A DNA stretch of 64,000 bases from Clostridia bacterium (GCA_017467345.1 JAFTSI010000047.1:2360-66359), one strand, 5' to 3'. Counted from the first letter of the stretch, positions 37,400 through 48,352 are shown. Program-made: numbers and translations. Notes: a model not told the origin generated them from the sequence alone.

Positions 37400-39064
37400 A
37401 TGAGCAAAAAACGATTGATTCCATCAATAGTTCTTGCCATATGCTTATTATTTGGGGCTATATTCGGCGTGGCGTTAGGCGCAAAGCCCAACAAAGCGTC
37501 GGCAGCGCCAAAAACGCAATACGACTTCACTAATAAAATATCCCAACAAGGCGATAATAACATTTATTATGCTTGGGGAACTCCAGAGCATTATGTTCTT
37601 ATGGAATATAGTGTTTGGGGCTCAGGTTTTTCTTGGATTGGACCTTTTGAAATGTATACCCAAGTAACCACTTGGCAAAACACTAGTGGAAGAACCTTTC
37701 TTGTTCTTCACCCAGGTGTTTTATGGTCTGCAATGGTAGTTTGGGTTGCCGATAGAACAGGAACTATATCTCTTGAAGCCAGTTTTCTAAGAAATAAGGC
37801 TGTAGACGGCCAAGAAGAAAACGGTGATGGAACTGAAGTATTAGTTCATCATAGGTCTGGTAATTCAAAAACAGAGTTGTATCAATATTGGTGCAAAACT
37901 GCTACTGAAACGGCTATGCCTACTAAAAATCTAAATGTTAATAAAGGTGATAGAATAATTATTTCTGTTAACTCAGGACCATCTCGTCACCAAAAGAACG
38001 ATAAGATTTTAGGTGATGTTGTTATTGAGTATACTGCAACTACTGGAACAGATTATGTTGAAGGCGAAGATTTATCTAAGTTCTTAGATGTAACAGATGC
38101 AGGCGCAGTTGCAGGTTACAGAGATGTTTCTATTGCATTTGAGGCAGACGACCTTGCCGCAGACGAAACCATTGATAGCGATAAAACTGAAGTTATCATT
38201 AGAGGTCAAAGCGCATTAAATGTTCTTGGTGCAGATGGCGTTATAACAGGCGTTGAAGCATCACTTCCTATTGCTATTGTTGCTATTACTTGCCTTGGCG
38301 CAGCATTATTCGTAATGTATCCAAGCCTTGCAGGTAAGGGAATGATTAGTGGTGCAATTTCAAACAAATCACAAATGAGAAGAATGCTTGTTTGTATTTT
38401 ATGTTTGATTATGGCAGCAACTGGTTTAGTGTTCATTGGCAACGGCAAAACTGGTTATACCGAAACAAATACTGTTCAAACCGAAACTGAACTTGAAGCC
38501 GCTGCAAGTGGCGATAACTATCAAAAGTATTTGAATAAACCTTTCAACAGCACTGCTGATAGGGCAAATGTTCAAGGCTATAACGGTTGGCACTATGTAT
38601 GTGGTAAGCCAGGCGCAATAATTGAAATGGCTTATAATCATAACTCTGGTAGATGGTGTAGTTTATATCAACAACTTTACTACTACACCTATATTTGGGG
38701 CGATTGGTATCCAGATGGTCAAACTGGTCAAGGTATTGGTATGACATTTGAAGCACCTGCAACTGGCAAAATGACTATCACCATCAAGTTAAAGTTAAAA
38801 TGTGATAGAACAGCAGGTCTTAACTCAAACGGTGTAACCTTAAAAACTACATCTACTGATGGAAGAACTACTTACACAAACTTACAATATGCACTTAACT
38901 CATCAAATACAAATAAGTTCAACACCGAAATTACATTGCAAGATACTAATGTAAAACTTGTTAAGGGTGAAGAAATTGTATTCTTGTTATATGCTAACAA
39001 CGGTAACGACACAACATATACCAGTGTTGATATAAATGTTCAATATACTGGCGCATATGTTTAA
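37400..39064 (+). CDS. Surface/membrane protein with two divergent copies of the novel domain separated by a TM hairpin
   Basis: An AAGGAGG RBS precedes the ATG at 37400. Signal peptide present. Two central hydrophobic helices (LPIAIVAITCLGAALFVM and LVCILCLIMAATGLVFI). The blocks GTISLEASF / GKMTITIKLK and KGDRIIISVNSG / KGEEIVFLLYANNG parallel the domain in the giant proteins. Confidence 0.65.
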   Translation: MSKKRLIPSIVLAICLLFGAIFGVALGAKPNKASAAPKTQYDFTNKISQQGDNNIYYAWGTPEHYVLMEYSVWGSGFSWIGPFEMYTQVTTWQNTSGRTFLVLHPGVLWSAMVVWVADRTGTISLEASFLRNKAVDGQEENGDGTEVLVHHRSGNSKTELYQYWCKTATETAMPTKNLNVNKGDRIIISVNSGPSRHQKNDKILGDVVIEYTATTGTDYVEGEDLSKFLDVTDAGAVAGYRDVSIAFEADDLAADETIDSDKTEVIIRGQSALNVLGADGVITGVEASLPIAIVAITCLGAALFVMYPSLAGKGMISGAISNKSQMRRMLVCILCLIMAATGLVFIGNGKTGYTETNTVQTETELEAAASGDNYQKYLNKPFNSTADRANVQGYNGWHYVCGKPGAIIEMAYNHNSGRWCSLYQQLYYYTYIWGDWYPDGQTGQGIGMTFEAPATGKMTITIKLKLKCDRTAGLNSNGVTLKTTSTDGRTTYTNLQYALNSSNTNKFNTEITLQDTNVKLVKGEEIVFLLYANNGNDTTYTSVDINVQYTGAYV

Positions 39065-39097
39065 TATTAGAACTTAAACGACATAAAAACGATTGCT

Positions 39098-41218
39098 ATG
39101 ATTATTCATAAGTTTAATAAAATTAGTGCAATATATACAACGGATGAAAGAACGGGGGTAACTACTTTTACGGTAGTTCCCGCAGGAACTGAAGAAAAGG
39201 TAAAAGAAGAAAAATTAACCTGTTCTTTCTATCCTAATTTTACACACATTATTCCCGACGCAATGATTCAAGCCGCTTTTAGTGGAGATGTATTAACATC
39301 TGACTTAACTGCTGGCTTGAGTTTAAGGAATACTGAAACTTCAATAGGTCTTAAACTTATTAAGCAAGATGTTATTGAAAACGAAAATGGTAAAGAAGTA
39401 ATTTCTTACCTTGAAGACAAAAAGCGTGGCACAAAAGCAACGCACCATGTTTTCCAAAAAAAGGGATGTGAAGGTTTAGAACTTTATAACACAATAACTA
39501 ACACTTCAAAAAATCCTAAAACTTTAGAGTTTATAGATACTTTTTCTTTAGACTGTTTATCGCCATATATGCTTGATAACGACCCAGATAACTTGATTAT
39601 GCACCGCATAAGAAATAACTGGTCGGGCGAAGGTAGGCTTGATTCGTTGCCTATATCACATTTCAATATGGAATGTAGTTGGTCGCACTTAGGCGCAAGA
39701 TATGAGCGATTTGGCCAAGTAGGAACAATGACTGCAAGGCAGTTTATTCCTTTCGTGGCATTAGAAGATAAAATCAACAAAGTTGTTTGGGCTGTTTCAA
39801 TGGAATCGCCTATGTCGTGGCAAATGGAATGTGGGCATAGAAACCTTGCAATGCATTTGTCAGGTGGTATAGCCGACTATAACTATGGTCATTGGCGTAA
39901 AGAACTTAAAAAGGGCGAAACCTTTAAAACTCATAAGGCTTTCGTTTCAGCAGTTCAAGGTGATTTACTTGATGCTTGCCGTATCGTTACCGAAACCACG
40001 GCATCATATAGGAACTACCCACAAAGCGAAGAAGATATGCCTATTCTATACAACGAATATATGTATAGTGATGGCAATCCTACTATTGAACTTGTTAAAG
40101 AACAACTTGATGTTTGCAAAAAACTCGGCGCAGATTACTTTGTAGTTGATGCAGGTTGGTATACCGACCCAGAATCTATTACTTGGAATGTTCAAGGCGA
40201 CTGGGATGTTAATAAAAAGCGTTTCCCAAAAGGCTTAACTGAACTTAACGAAGTTTGCGCAAAAGAAAATATGCTTACGGGCGTATGGTTTGAGTTTGAA
40301 AATGTAAATGTTGATTCAAAACTTTACAAAAACAAAAAAGATTGGTTACTCACCTTAGACGGCAAGATTATAAGACACGGCAACACTTGTTTCCTTGATT
40401 TTAGAAAACCAGAAGTTATTGAATACTTAACTAAAAAGGTTATAACTCAAGTTAAGAAAAGTGGCCTTAAATATATGAAAGTGGATTATAACGAAAATGT
40501 CGGCATCGGTGTAGATGGCGCTGAATCAATAGGCGAAGGCTTGCGTCAACATATAGAAGGTGTTAAAGCGTTCTATGAAAAGATTAAAGCCGAAATCCCC
40601 GATTTAGTGTTGGAAATGTGTTCATCTGGTGGTATGCGCCACGAACCTATGTTTAGTTCGTTTGGCTCAATGGTATCGTTTAGTGATTTACACTTCGTTC
40701 CAGAAGGCGCAGTTTCTGCTTGTGATTTGCATAGGGTATTCTTACCAAGAAATATGCAAGTTTGGGCAACAATGTATACCCACTATGATGAAGAACGCAC
40801 CATTTACACAATGGCAGAAGGTATGCTTGGTAGATTATGTTTATCTGGTAAAATCTCTGCACTTGGTGATAACATTATTAAATTAATTAAAGAAGGTTGC
40901 GATTTCTATAAGGATATCAAACACATCATTAAAGATGGCAACACCATTGATATAAACACATCAAAGGTAACATCTTTAAGAAATATCCACAACGCATTTT
41001 CTTTAACAAGAGTTTCTAAAGATGGGGATAGCGCATTATTCTACGCTTTCCGTGTTAATGGAACAGAAAAAACTATCGTAGGCACATTACCTGCTAATTA
41101 CGAAGTCGCTAAGGTTTACGGCAACGGCAAGGTAAAAGTAAAGGGCAAAAAGGTTATAGTTAAACCAACTAAAACTAACACCTTTGCAACGGTAGTATTA
41201 CTAAAAAAAGTAAAGTAA
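39098..41218 (+). CDS. GH36-family alpha-galactosidase (intracellular)
   Basis: YFVVDAGWY, LKYMKVDYN (nucleophile region) and CSSGGMR motifs. No signal peptide. Confidence 0.75.
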   Translation: MIIHKFNKISAIYTTDERTGVTTFTVVPAGTEEKVKEEKLTCSFYPNFTHIIPDAMIQAAFSGDVLTSDLTAGLSLRNTETSIGLKLIKQDVIENENGKEVISYLEDKKRGTKATHHVFQKKGCEGLELYNTITNTSKNPKTLEFIDTFSLDCLSPYMLDNDPDNLIMHRIRNNWSGEGRLDSLPISHFNMECSWSHLGARYERFGQVGTMTARQFIPFVALEDKINKVVWAVSMESPMSWQMECGHRNLAMHLSGGIADYNYGHWRKELKKGETFKTHKAFVSAVQGDLLDACRIVTETTASYRNYPQSEEDMPILYNEYMYSDGNPTIELVKEQLDVCKKLGADYFVVDAGWYTDPESITWNVQGDWDVNKKRFPKGLTELNEVCAKENMLTGVWFEFENVNVDSKLYKNKKDWLLTLDGKIIRHGNTCFLDFRKPEVIEYLTKKVITQVKKSGLKYMKVDYNENVGIGVDGAESIGEGLRQHIEGVKAFYEKIKAEIPDLVLEMCSSGGMRHEPMFSSFGSMVSFSDLHFVPEGAVSACDLHRVFLPRNMQVWATMYTHYDEERTIYTMAEGMLGRLCLSGKISALGDNIIKLIKEGCDFYKDIKHIIKDGNTIDINTSKVTSLRNIHNAFSLTRVSKDGDSALFYAFRVNGTEKTIVGTLPANYEVAKVYGNGKVKVKGKKVIVKPTKTNTFATVVLLKKVK

Positions 41219-41283
41219 CTTAAATCGCACTAAACTGTGCGAAAGGGATTTCCCCTAAAAAGCAAAAAAACAGGAGAAACGAA

Positions 41284-43614
41284 ATGAAAAAAATACTTTC
41301 ATTGATATTAGTATTTATCATGGCGTTAGGCACTATTGGTTGTGCAGGCGGTGGCTCGCTTTCTACTGGCGGTGGTGAAAACGGTTCAGTAGATGTAGGC
41401 TCTGGCGGAAGCGACCCTGCAAGTGGAAATGTTTCAGGTAGCACTACTGACCCTGATGCATCAACCGGTGGCGTTGAAGACGGTGAAGGTGGAACAGAAG
41501 GTGGCGGAACGGGTGGTTCATCAAGTTCAGAAAGCGAAAAGTATGAAAAGGGTGAACTTTATCTTACCAACGGTGTTTATAAAATTACCGAAGCAAAAGA
41601 TACTGATGCCGCTAACATTACTATTGACTTTGGCAACAAATTAGGTAGCCAAGTTCAAAACACCAAGAAAATTGATATATTCTCACCAACTTGGAACTTC
41701 GGTTATTCAGAAGGTCTTAACCAAGAATCATTAAAAACCTTAGAATATTTAAGTCAATTTAAGGCAGAAGCCTTCCGTTTTGACATGATGTTCGGTGGCG
41801 TTGATTCAAGTATGACTGGTGCATTAAATAGCGGTGCTGTAACTGACGCTAAATCTTGGGCAAAAATTGATGCTTTTGCAAACGCTTTAAGAGATAATAA
41901 TGTTATTCCATACTTCGTTATGGTAGGTATTCCAGGCTATGTTCAAGGTAGTGGACAAATGGGTATTCCTACTTCTAACTACTACACCGATTTCTGCGTA
42001 AAGGCTACTCAATATTTCAAAAACTCTAATAGGCGTGTTATTTACGAAACATGGAACGAACCTGACCTTGGCCCATCATACTGGTCAAGCCAAGATATGC
42101 AAGCATTCGTTGACCTTAACTGTAAAGCAACTTATTACTTTAAGCAAGGTAACAAAGATGCGTATGTTGCAGAGGGCGGACTTTGTTGGCCATTAAGAAC
42201 ATATTCAACTTACTGGAGCAATTGGATTTCGCAAACTAACAGTTATCAAAACCATATTGACGCATTAAGTTGGCACTTCTACGGCGATAATATGGGCGAC
42301 CTTAACTATGGTATGGACAGTAGTTATACAATTGATAAAGGTAACTTACAATACTACGCACAAAAAGTTAGAGACTTTATGAACGGCACTTCTAACTACG
42401 ATTTCCATACTACAACAATGCACATTTCAGAGTTTGCAGGCGCAAAAACTTTTGGTAACAAGCAAACTAACGAAGTTCAAGTAAGTTGGCTTCCTAAGTT
42501 ATACGATACACTTCGTCAACTTAAAGATTTACCAGATGTAACCCGTATTTCATACGCGTGCTGGATGCTTGATATTAAAGAGTTCACTATTATTGACCCA
42601 TTCTTGTTCGTTAAGAACCCTGTATACAATGTATTATGGTCAAACGGTAGATTACCACTTGCACCTGTTGCAGTAACTAATAGTAATACAACTGATTTCT
42701 ATGTAAACACTGGTGTAGATAACCACCGTGCAGCAGCAGTTATATTAAACAAAAACCTTAACACAAGCAATCCGTTGCGTAACTCTTTAGATGGTTATAT
42801 TTCAACCGGTAAAAACAGAAACGCAACCGTATTGTTCAAAAATATACCTTTCAATGCTAAAAACGCAAAGATATATTTAATTGACACTCAAAATGTTTCG
42901 CGTAGCACTCTTGATGATAAGCCATACTTAATTATGGATTTACCAGAAACCCAAGTTAAGCAAGGCGAAATGAAGTTCAACTTCACCATTCCTGAAAATG
43001 CTGCATTCCATGTAGAGTTTAGTGATGGCGCAACTGATGCAAAGGGCGAACTCATTTGTGATACCGATTTAGAAAGCGCACTCTATGACCATGTAGTTAG
43101 AAAAGACTACTATTATGATGACCATAGAGCAAATATGCCTTGGGGCGATATTTACGAAGTGTCGCAATCTGTATCACTCACTATGATGAACAACAACAGT
43201 GGTAAAGCAGCAGTTATGGTTACCTATGATGATATGAATGAGTTTACTAACTTAAAACTCAACTGGGATATTTGGGATTTAGGCACGGCTCAATCAAATA
43301 AGGGTATCGGTGTAAGAATTGATTATCACACTTCAAGTGGATATACTTCACCCAAGTATTATTACTATGGTAATTACAGCAACTGTTTCGCATATAAGTA
43401 TAACCAAGCAAATGCAAACGGTTATTGTTGGGGAACTGGCACAGCACCTGCATTAAGCGCAGGAACAAGTTTTGGAACAGAACTAAGTGGTAGTTACACA
43501 ATTCCTCTTGCATCAAGCGCACCAAGTGGTTGGGACGGAAGAGTTCAAATAACCTACTATATGATGGACGCAGGCGCAAATGCAAACGCAATCTTAACAA
43601 TGAACGCTGCTTAA
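41284..43614 (+). CDS. Lipoprotein glycoside hydrolase, clan GH-A TIM-barrel (family unassigned) with C-terminal beta-sandwich region
   Basis: Lipobox-like GTIGC followed by a G/S-rich linker. VIYETWNEPDL provides the acid/base NEP motif, and MHISEF is a candidate nucleophile. Confidence 0.65.
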   Translation: MKKILSLILVFIMALGTIGCAGGGSLSTGGGENGSVDVGSGGSDPASGNVSGSTTDPDASTGGVEDGEGGTEGGGTGGSSSSESEKYEKGELYLTNGVYKITEAKDTDAANITIDFGNKLGSQVQNTKKIDIFSPTWNFGYSEGLNQESLKTLEYLSQFKAEAFRFDMMFGGVDSSMTGALNSGAVTDAKSWAKIDAFANALRDNNVIPYFVMVGIPGYVQGSGQMGIPTSNYYTDFCVKATQYFKNSNRRVIYETWNEPDLGPSYWSSQDMQAFVDLNCKATYYFKQGNKDAYVAEGGLCWPLRTYSTYWSNWISQTNSYQNHIDALSWHFYGDNMGDLNYGMDSSYTIDKGNLQYYAQKVRDFMNGTSNYDFHTTTMHISEFAGAKTFGNKQTNEVQVSWLPKLYDTLRQLKDLPDVTRISYACWMLDIKEFTIIDPFLFVKNPVYNVLWSNGRLPLAPVAVTNSNTTDFYVNTGVDNHRAAAVILNKNLNTSNPLRNSLDGYISTGKNRNATVLFKNIPFNAKNAKIYLIDTQNVSRSTLDDKPYLIMDLPETQVKQGEMKFNFTIPENAAFHVEFSDGATDAKGELICDTDLESALYDHVVRKDYYYDDHRANMPWGDIYEVSQSVSLTMMNNNSGKAAVMVTYDDMNEFTNLKLNWDIWDLGTAQSNKGIGVRIDYHTSSGYTSPKYYYYGNYSNCFAYKYNQANANGYCWGTGTAPALSAGTSFGTELSGSYTIPLASSAPSGWDGRVQITYYMMDAGANANAILTMNAA

Positions 43615-43627
43615 TCAAAACAACAAA

Positions 43628-43651
43628 TAAGGCTACCAAGTTTGGTAGCCT
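43628..43651 (+). terminator. Intrinsic terminator hairpin
   Basis: Stem aaggctacca/tggtagcctt followed by atcaatttt. Confidence 0.6.
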
Positions 43652-43671
43652 TATCAATTTTAAATTAAAAT

Positions 43672-43702
43672 TAAAAGCCCAAGCAAATTGCTTGGGCTTT
43701 TT
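43672..43702. terminator. Bidirectional terminator between convergent genes
   Basis: Stem aaaagcccaagc/gcttgggctttt with flanking A and T runs. Confidence 0.75.
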
Positions 43703-43715
43703 TGTTTATCATATA

Positions 43716-44633
43716 TTATTCAACTTCAATTTCTAAACTAAAATTGATTTTTTCGCTTGCCTTAATGGGTGAATACTTAAAGTAATCATCAAGGTAAGTG
43801 GTGGTAGGCTCAATGCCTAACGCATAGTCTTGCGTTGCAGGGCTATTCCATTGAACAAACTTTGGCAAAGTATCTTTAGAATACCTTAAAGTAAAGGTTT
43901 TATTGAGTTTATCATTAATAACCTTAACTTCTGGCTTACTATGTGTTATAAAGTAGCAACGCTCTTCTTCATTGTCTATGGGCTTTTCAAAGATTTTACG
44001 GCTTTCTTGGTGCTTTTTAGCCCAAGGAGTGCGCGCTATAACTTCTTCTTCATCCATAACAATTTTAGCCCCCTCATCAAGCATAGGATAGCCTAAATTG
44101 ATGTGGTATAGCAAGCAATACTTATCATCTTTAGTGCCAAGGTTGGTAAGAGTATCTTCAACTTTAAAAGTGTTTAATAAGGGTGCAGTTGTAATTTTTC
44201 GCTCTAATAAAAGGTTGCCACCAAAAAGGGAAGTAACTTCTGTTTTAGATATAACTTCAATTTTATCTTCTTGGCAAATAGTTGAAATAACGGTGGCAGG
44301 GTAGTTATGTAAACTGCCGTGCAGTTCAAAGCCCTCTCTACCGCCCAAACTGTCTAAACCACAGGTGTAAATCATTCCACCCTCAAAACGGTTTAGAAAG
44401 GGGATTTCACGCGCTGTAAAGCCGTTTTTACTAACAAAAGAAAGGTTTACACCTTTATGGAACACTTGCATAACATCAAGGTTTTTGCTTTCGTTAAGTA
44501 ATATCCTTAAAACACCGTTATCAATTTCTACAACTCTAATTCCGTTTTCCTTACCGCCAGATAGCGTGTATCGTTTGATACACGCTATCTGCATAAGGTT
44601 TGATAATTGACCTTTCATATTATTTTCCTGCAA
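43716..44633 (-). CDS. Aldose-1-epimerase-superfamily protein (DUF4432-like)
   Basis: The GGMIYTCGLDSLGG...LHGSLHNYPA pattern fits the mutarotase fold. Last gene of a sugar-catabolic operon. Confidence 0.5.
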   Translation of the reverse strand: MQENNMKGQLSNLMQIACIKRYTLSGGKENGIRVVEIDNGVLRILLNESKNLDVMQVFHKGVNLSFVSKNGFTAREIPFLNRFEGGMIYTCGLDSLGGREGFELHGSLHNYPATVISTICQEDKIEVISKTEVTSLFGGNLLLERKITTAPLLNTFKVEDTLTNLGTKDDKYCLLYHINLGYPMLDEGAKIVMDEEEVIARTPWAKKHQESRKIFEKPIDNEEERCYFITHSKPEVKVINDKLNKTFTLRYSKDTLPKFVQWNSPATQDYALGIEPTTTYLDDYFKYSPIKASEKINFSLEIEVE

Positions 44634-45462
44634 AAACTTTCATAGTTTCGTATGCTTTTTCATACATAGCGTCTTCTGCAATTTTGGTTAATTCGTGAAC
44701 AAAATCGGCATCTTTTTTATCGGTATATTCTTTAATAGCCTTATAGCCTGCATAAGACATATAGGTATAGTAGTTAATTTTAGTGATACCGCGTTTAATA
44801 ACTTCACGGTATTCTTCGTGAGAAATACCACTACCGCCGTGCATAACAAGTGGAACATCAGTTTTAGCAGCCACTTGGCTAACTATATCCATACAAAGCA
44901 CAGGTTTAACCTTATATATGCCGTGTGCCGTGCCGAAAGCGATTGCCAAAGCATCAACACCCGTTCTATCAATATAATCGTTAACAAGGTTAGGGTCGGT
45001 ATAAAGGTCGTTAGGATTGCCTTCTACTGCGCCACCAGTTTCACGGTTGGGGAGCATACCAAGTTCTGCTTCAACATCAACGCCTTTTGCGTGAGCATAT
45101 TTGACGAAATCTGCAGTAATAGCAACATTTTCTTCATAGGGAAGGTGTGATTTATCAATCATAACCGAAGTAAAGCCTAAATCAATGGCTTTCTTTAAGT
45201 ATTCAACATCTTCGCCGTGGTCTAAGTGCACGCAAACATTAACCTTTGCTAATTTAGCAAGTTCAATCATAATCTTGCCCATTTTGTCAATGGGGGTGTA
45301 AGCGTCGTGGCCTTGGAAGTGTGCAATAATAACAGGCACATCAAGGTCTTCGGCAGCCCTTAAAACTGCTAACAAGCACTCTAAGGTGGGGGTGTTGAAC
45401 GCGCCAACTGCTATATTTTTCTTTTTGCCTTCTGCAAGTATTTCTTTTAATCCTACTAACAT
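44620..45462 (-). CDS. Class II ketose-bisphosphate aldolase (FBA/tagatose-bisphosphate aldolase family)
   Basis: GAFN, HLDHG, MIDKSHLPYEENV, GTAHG and HGGSG motifs. Confidence 0.85.
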   Translation of the reverse strand: MLVGLKEILAEGKKKNIAVGAFNTPTLECLLAVLRAAEDLDVPVIIAHFQGHDAYTPIDKMGKIMIELAKLAKVNVCVHLDHGEDVEYLKKAIDLGFTSVMIDKSHLPYEENVAITADFVKYAHAKGVDVEAELGMLPNRETGGAVEGNPNDLYTDPNLVNDYIDRTGVDALAIAFGTAHGIYKVKPVLCMDIVSQVAAKTDVPLVMHGGSGISHEEYREVIKRGITKINYYTYMSYAGYKAIKEYTDKKDADFVHELTKIAEDAMYEKAYETMKVFAGK

Positions 45463-45489
45463 AATTCTATTCTCCTAATCAATTATAAA

Positions 45490-46881
45490 TTAGTCTATAT
45501 CAATGATATCGTATCCAAGATAGGTGGTAAATGCTTCTAAAAGCACATCTTTAACATTGCCGATACTGATAGCGGTGTGGTGTTTATAACCCTTTTTAGC
45601 AAGGTTGATAAGTTTCTTTTGTAAGTTATCAGTTTCAAGCACGCCACAGCAACCAAAGAAAGCATCTTCAACTTTATCATCAGTCATTTTACCTGTGCTT
45701 ACATAGAACTTAATCTTACCATCTTCGGTAAAGCAGTTAGTAAAGGTGGTGGGGAACGCGCCAATTCTACCTTCGTTTACACCCCAACCACAACCAGGGT
45801 CGTTTTTAATGAACATTTTGTGTTCGGTAACTTGACCTTTGCCAGCCATAAGAGTTTGAGCAACAGGACCACAGTGGAAAAGTATTGCCTTATTTTCTTC
45901 TTCGCCAAAGTTGTTGTTAACATCAAGGCAAGCAGCAGGTTTTTCGGTAGCAAGTGAAACTGCACGCATTGCGATTGCAGAGCATACATCAATTTCACAA
46001 GATGCAGGAATGCCTCTATCATTGAGTTCGCTAAGAAGAACGCAAGGGCAAACCCTTAAAATGGTTTCCATTTCGTTCCAGCAACGGAGCGATACAGCAT
46101 CTAAATGGTAGTTTTCAATGTATTCATCAATAACAACTGATATTTTAGCAAGGGTAATAAAGTTTTTGGTGGGAACTTTAGAGAAGTCGCTATAATTTTT
46201 AAGCGATTCCATTTTAGCAATAACCTTAGCATCATCATCAGCCTTATGTTGAACTTCGTAAACAAGTTCAGAAAGGTCAAAACTTTCTACATTGATGCCA
46301 TAGCGTTGCATAGTAACTTCATCAAAGCGCACCGTTTTGAAAGCAGTAGTTCTTGCGCCGATAACACCGATATTAAATCTCTTCATACCCTTAACTACAC
46401 GGCAGATTGCTGCGAAGTCGCGAAGATTTTCTTGGAACTTATCGCTTGATGGGTGAACTACATGTGGCTCAAGACAAGTAAAGGGGATTTGTGCTTGATA
46501 GAAAACATCTGTAACAGCGAACTTACCACAGAAAGCATCACGGCGTTGCTTAAAGTCCATTTTGCCGATTTCATCTGGGTATGCTTGCATTAAGATAGGC
46601 ACATTAGCATCTCTTAAAGCATAGAACGCACCGTTTTCATCAACGAATATAGGCATACAAAGAATAACACCATCATATTCGCCTTCGTGAGATTTTAACC
46701 AGTCGTGGTAAAGTAAACCTTCATCACGGGTTTCAACTGCGCCAAAACGGGTTAAGTTTTCATCCATAACTAAGTATTCGTGGCCTGCTTTGGTAACTGC
46801 TTCAATCATTTCTTTTCTTGCGCTTGCAAGAAGTTCACCCGGCATAAAGCCACGGTTTCCAAAATATAATGCAAATTTCAT
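45490..46881 (-). CDS. L-fucose/L-arabinose-isomerase-family sugar isomerase (short form)
   Basis: 463 aa. N-terminal MKFALYFGNRGFMPGEL and the later CEIDVCSAIAM and LFHCGPV patterns recall the FucI-like family. Lies between the kinase and aldolase genes. Confidence 0.6.
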   Translation of the reverse strand: MKFALYFGNRGFMPGELLASARKEMIEAVTKAGHEYLVMDENLTRFGAVETRDEGLLYHDWLKSHEGEYDGVILCMPIFVDENGAFYALRDANVPILMQAYPDEIGKMDFKQRRDAFCGKFAVTDVFYQAQIPFTCLEPHVVHPSSDKFQENLRDFAAICRVVKGMKRFNIGVIGARTTAFKTVRFDEVTMQRYGINVESFDLSELVYEVQHKADDDAKVIAKMESLKNYSDFSKVPTKNFITLAKISVVIDEYIENYHLDAVSLRCWNEMETILRVCPCVLLSELNDRGIPASCEIDVCSAIAMRAVSLATEKPAACLDVNNNFGEEENKAILFHCGPVAQTLMAGKGQVTEHKMFIKNDPGCGWGVNEGRIGAFPTTFTNCFTEDGKIKFYVSTGKMTDDKVEDAFFGCCGVLETDNLQKKLINLAKKGYKHHTAISIGNVKDVLLEAFTTYLGYDIIDID

Positions 46882-46882
46882 A

Positions 46883-48352
46883 TTAGTAAATCTCCTTTAT
46901 AGTTTTATATAATTTTTTATATTGATTTATTTTGTTTTCGTAAAGTTTAGTTTTTTCAGGGTTTGGGCTAATTTCATCTTTAATCTTAACGAATATTTTT
47001 GCGCCCTCTTTAAAGGTTTTAACAAGCCCCATAGCCTTTGCTTGAATAATAGCCGTTCCACAAAGCCCGCCCTCACTTGAACGAAGTGTTGAAAGTTTTA
47101 AGCCTGTGATGTCAGCCTTAATTTGTAGCCAACGCTTAGAGTTTGAACCACCACCAGTAGCAACTGCGCTTTTAACATTTACGCCAAACTTCTTAACGGT
47201 ATCAAGGTTTAACTTAACTTCAAGCGAAGTGCTTTCTAAAATGGCTTGATAAATCTCTGCGTCGGTAGTGTTTAGTGTTAAGCCCAAGATTGCGCCTTTT
47301 GCGTTAGGGTCTTGGAAAGGTGTTGACGCGCCACCAAAATAGGGTAGTATAAGTAAATCGGTTGGCTTTTCGCTAAACCTTTTTTCGGCATAACTAAAGA
47401 AGTTATTTTCTTCGCCCGTGTAATCGTGTAAAATATCCTTTCTAAACCAGTTAACAAGCGAACCGTTTGCATAACTTAAAATATAAGTGCAGTAAAGCCC
47501 GTCAACAAAGGGAGCGATAGGGTAGCCACAATGCCCCATTTCTACATTTTCAGGGAAATCCTTAAACACGGTGGTAACGCAACTAACAGTTCCCATACCG
47601 TCGCAAGACTCTCCGTCTTCTAAAGCACCTGCGCCTATGGTTGTGCAAACTTGGTCGTGCGAGCCTAAAACCAACACACAGTCTTTGTTAAGTCCTAATT
47701 CGCTTGCGATATCATCTTTAATTTCACCAACTATTGTGCCTGCTTCCATAGGAGTAGAAAATAGTGAATAGTCAATGCCAAGTTCAGTAATTAGTTCTTT
47801 TGCGAAAACTTTGTTCTTAACATCTAAAACACCCGTTCTTGATGCAAGTGAATAGTCAATAACGCGCTTGCCTGAAAGCACATAACCAACATATTCGCCA
47901 ACTAAAAACAACTTAACAGCCTTTTTAAGTTTTTCAGGCTCATTGTTTTTAATCCACAAAAGTTTAGATATAGAAAACATAGCATTAGGCATAACACCTG
48001 TTAACTTGTAAAGGTTATCGCACCCAAACTTTTCGCCCATTTCTTTTGCTTCTAAATCGCCACGGGGGTCGGTGTAAAGCATAGGGTAAGAAATAACTTC
48101 ATCATTTTCATCTAATAAAACAAATGCTTCGCCAAGCGAAGAAATAGCAATAGAAGTTACGGTAAAGTTTTTCGCTACATTTTTAATTAGTTCTTTAATG
48201 GTGCTAATAATATAACCGATATCAACATAAGAATACGCGCCGTCTTTTTTAAGTGGACAATCTTTTGCTTCATAGTAAAGTATTTCGCCAGTCTCACTAA
48301 AAAGTTGACATTTACAGCAAGTTGTTCCAATATCAATTCCTAAAAAATTCAT
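46883..48352 (-). CDS. FGGY-family carbohydrate kinase (xylulokinase-like)
   Basis: LGIDIGTTCCK near the N-terminus and GGGSNSKRWLQIKADITG in the C-terminal half. Confidence 0.85.
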   Translation of the reverse strand: MNFLGIDIGTTCCKCQLFSETGEILYYEAKDCPLKKDGAYSYVDIGYIISTIKELIKNVAKNFTVTSIAISSLGEAFVLLDENDEVISYPMLYTDPRGDLEAKEMGEKFGCDNLYKLTGVMPNAMFSISKLLWIKNNEPEKLKKAVKLFLVGEYVGYVLSGKRVIDYSLASRTGVLDVKNKVFAKELITELGIDYSLFSTPMEAGTIVGEIKDDIASELGLNKDCVLVLGSHDQVCTTIGAGALEDGESCDGMGTVSCVTTVFKDFPENVEMGHCGYPIAPFVDGLYCTYILSYANGSLVNWFRKDILHDYTGEENNFFSYAEKRFSEKPTDLLILPYFGGASTPFQDPNAKGAILGLTLNTTDAEIYQAILESTSLEVKLNLDTVKKFGVNVKSAVATGGGSNSKRWLQIKADITGLKLSTLRSSEGGLCGTAIIQAKAMGLVKTFKEGAKIFVKIKDEISPNPEKTKLYENKINQYKKLYKTIKEIY

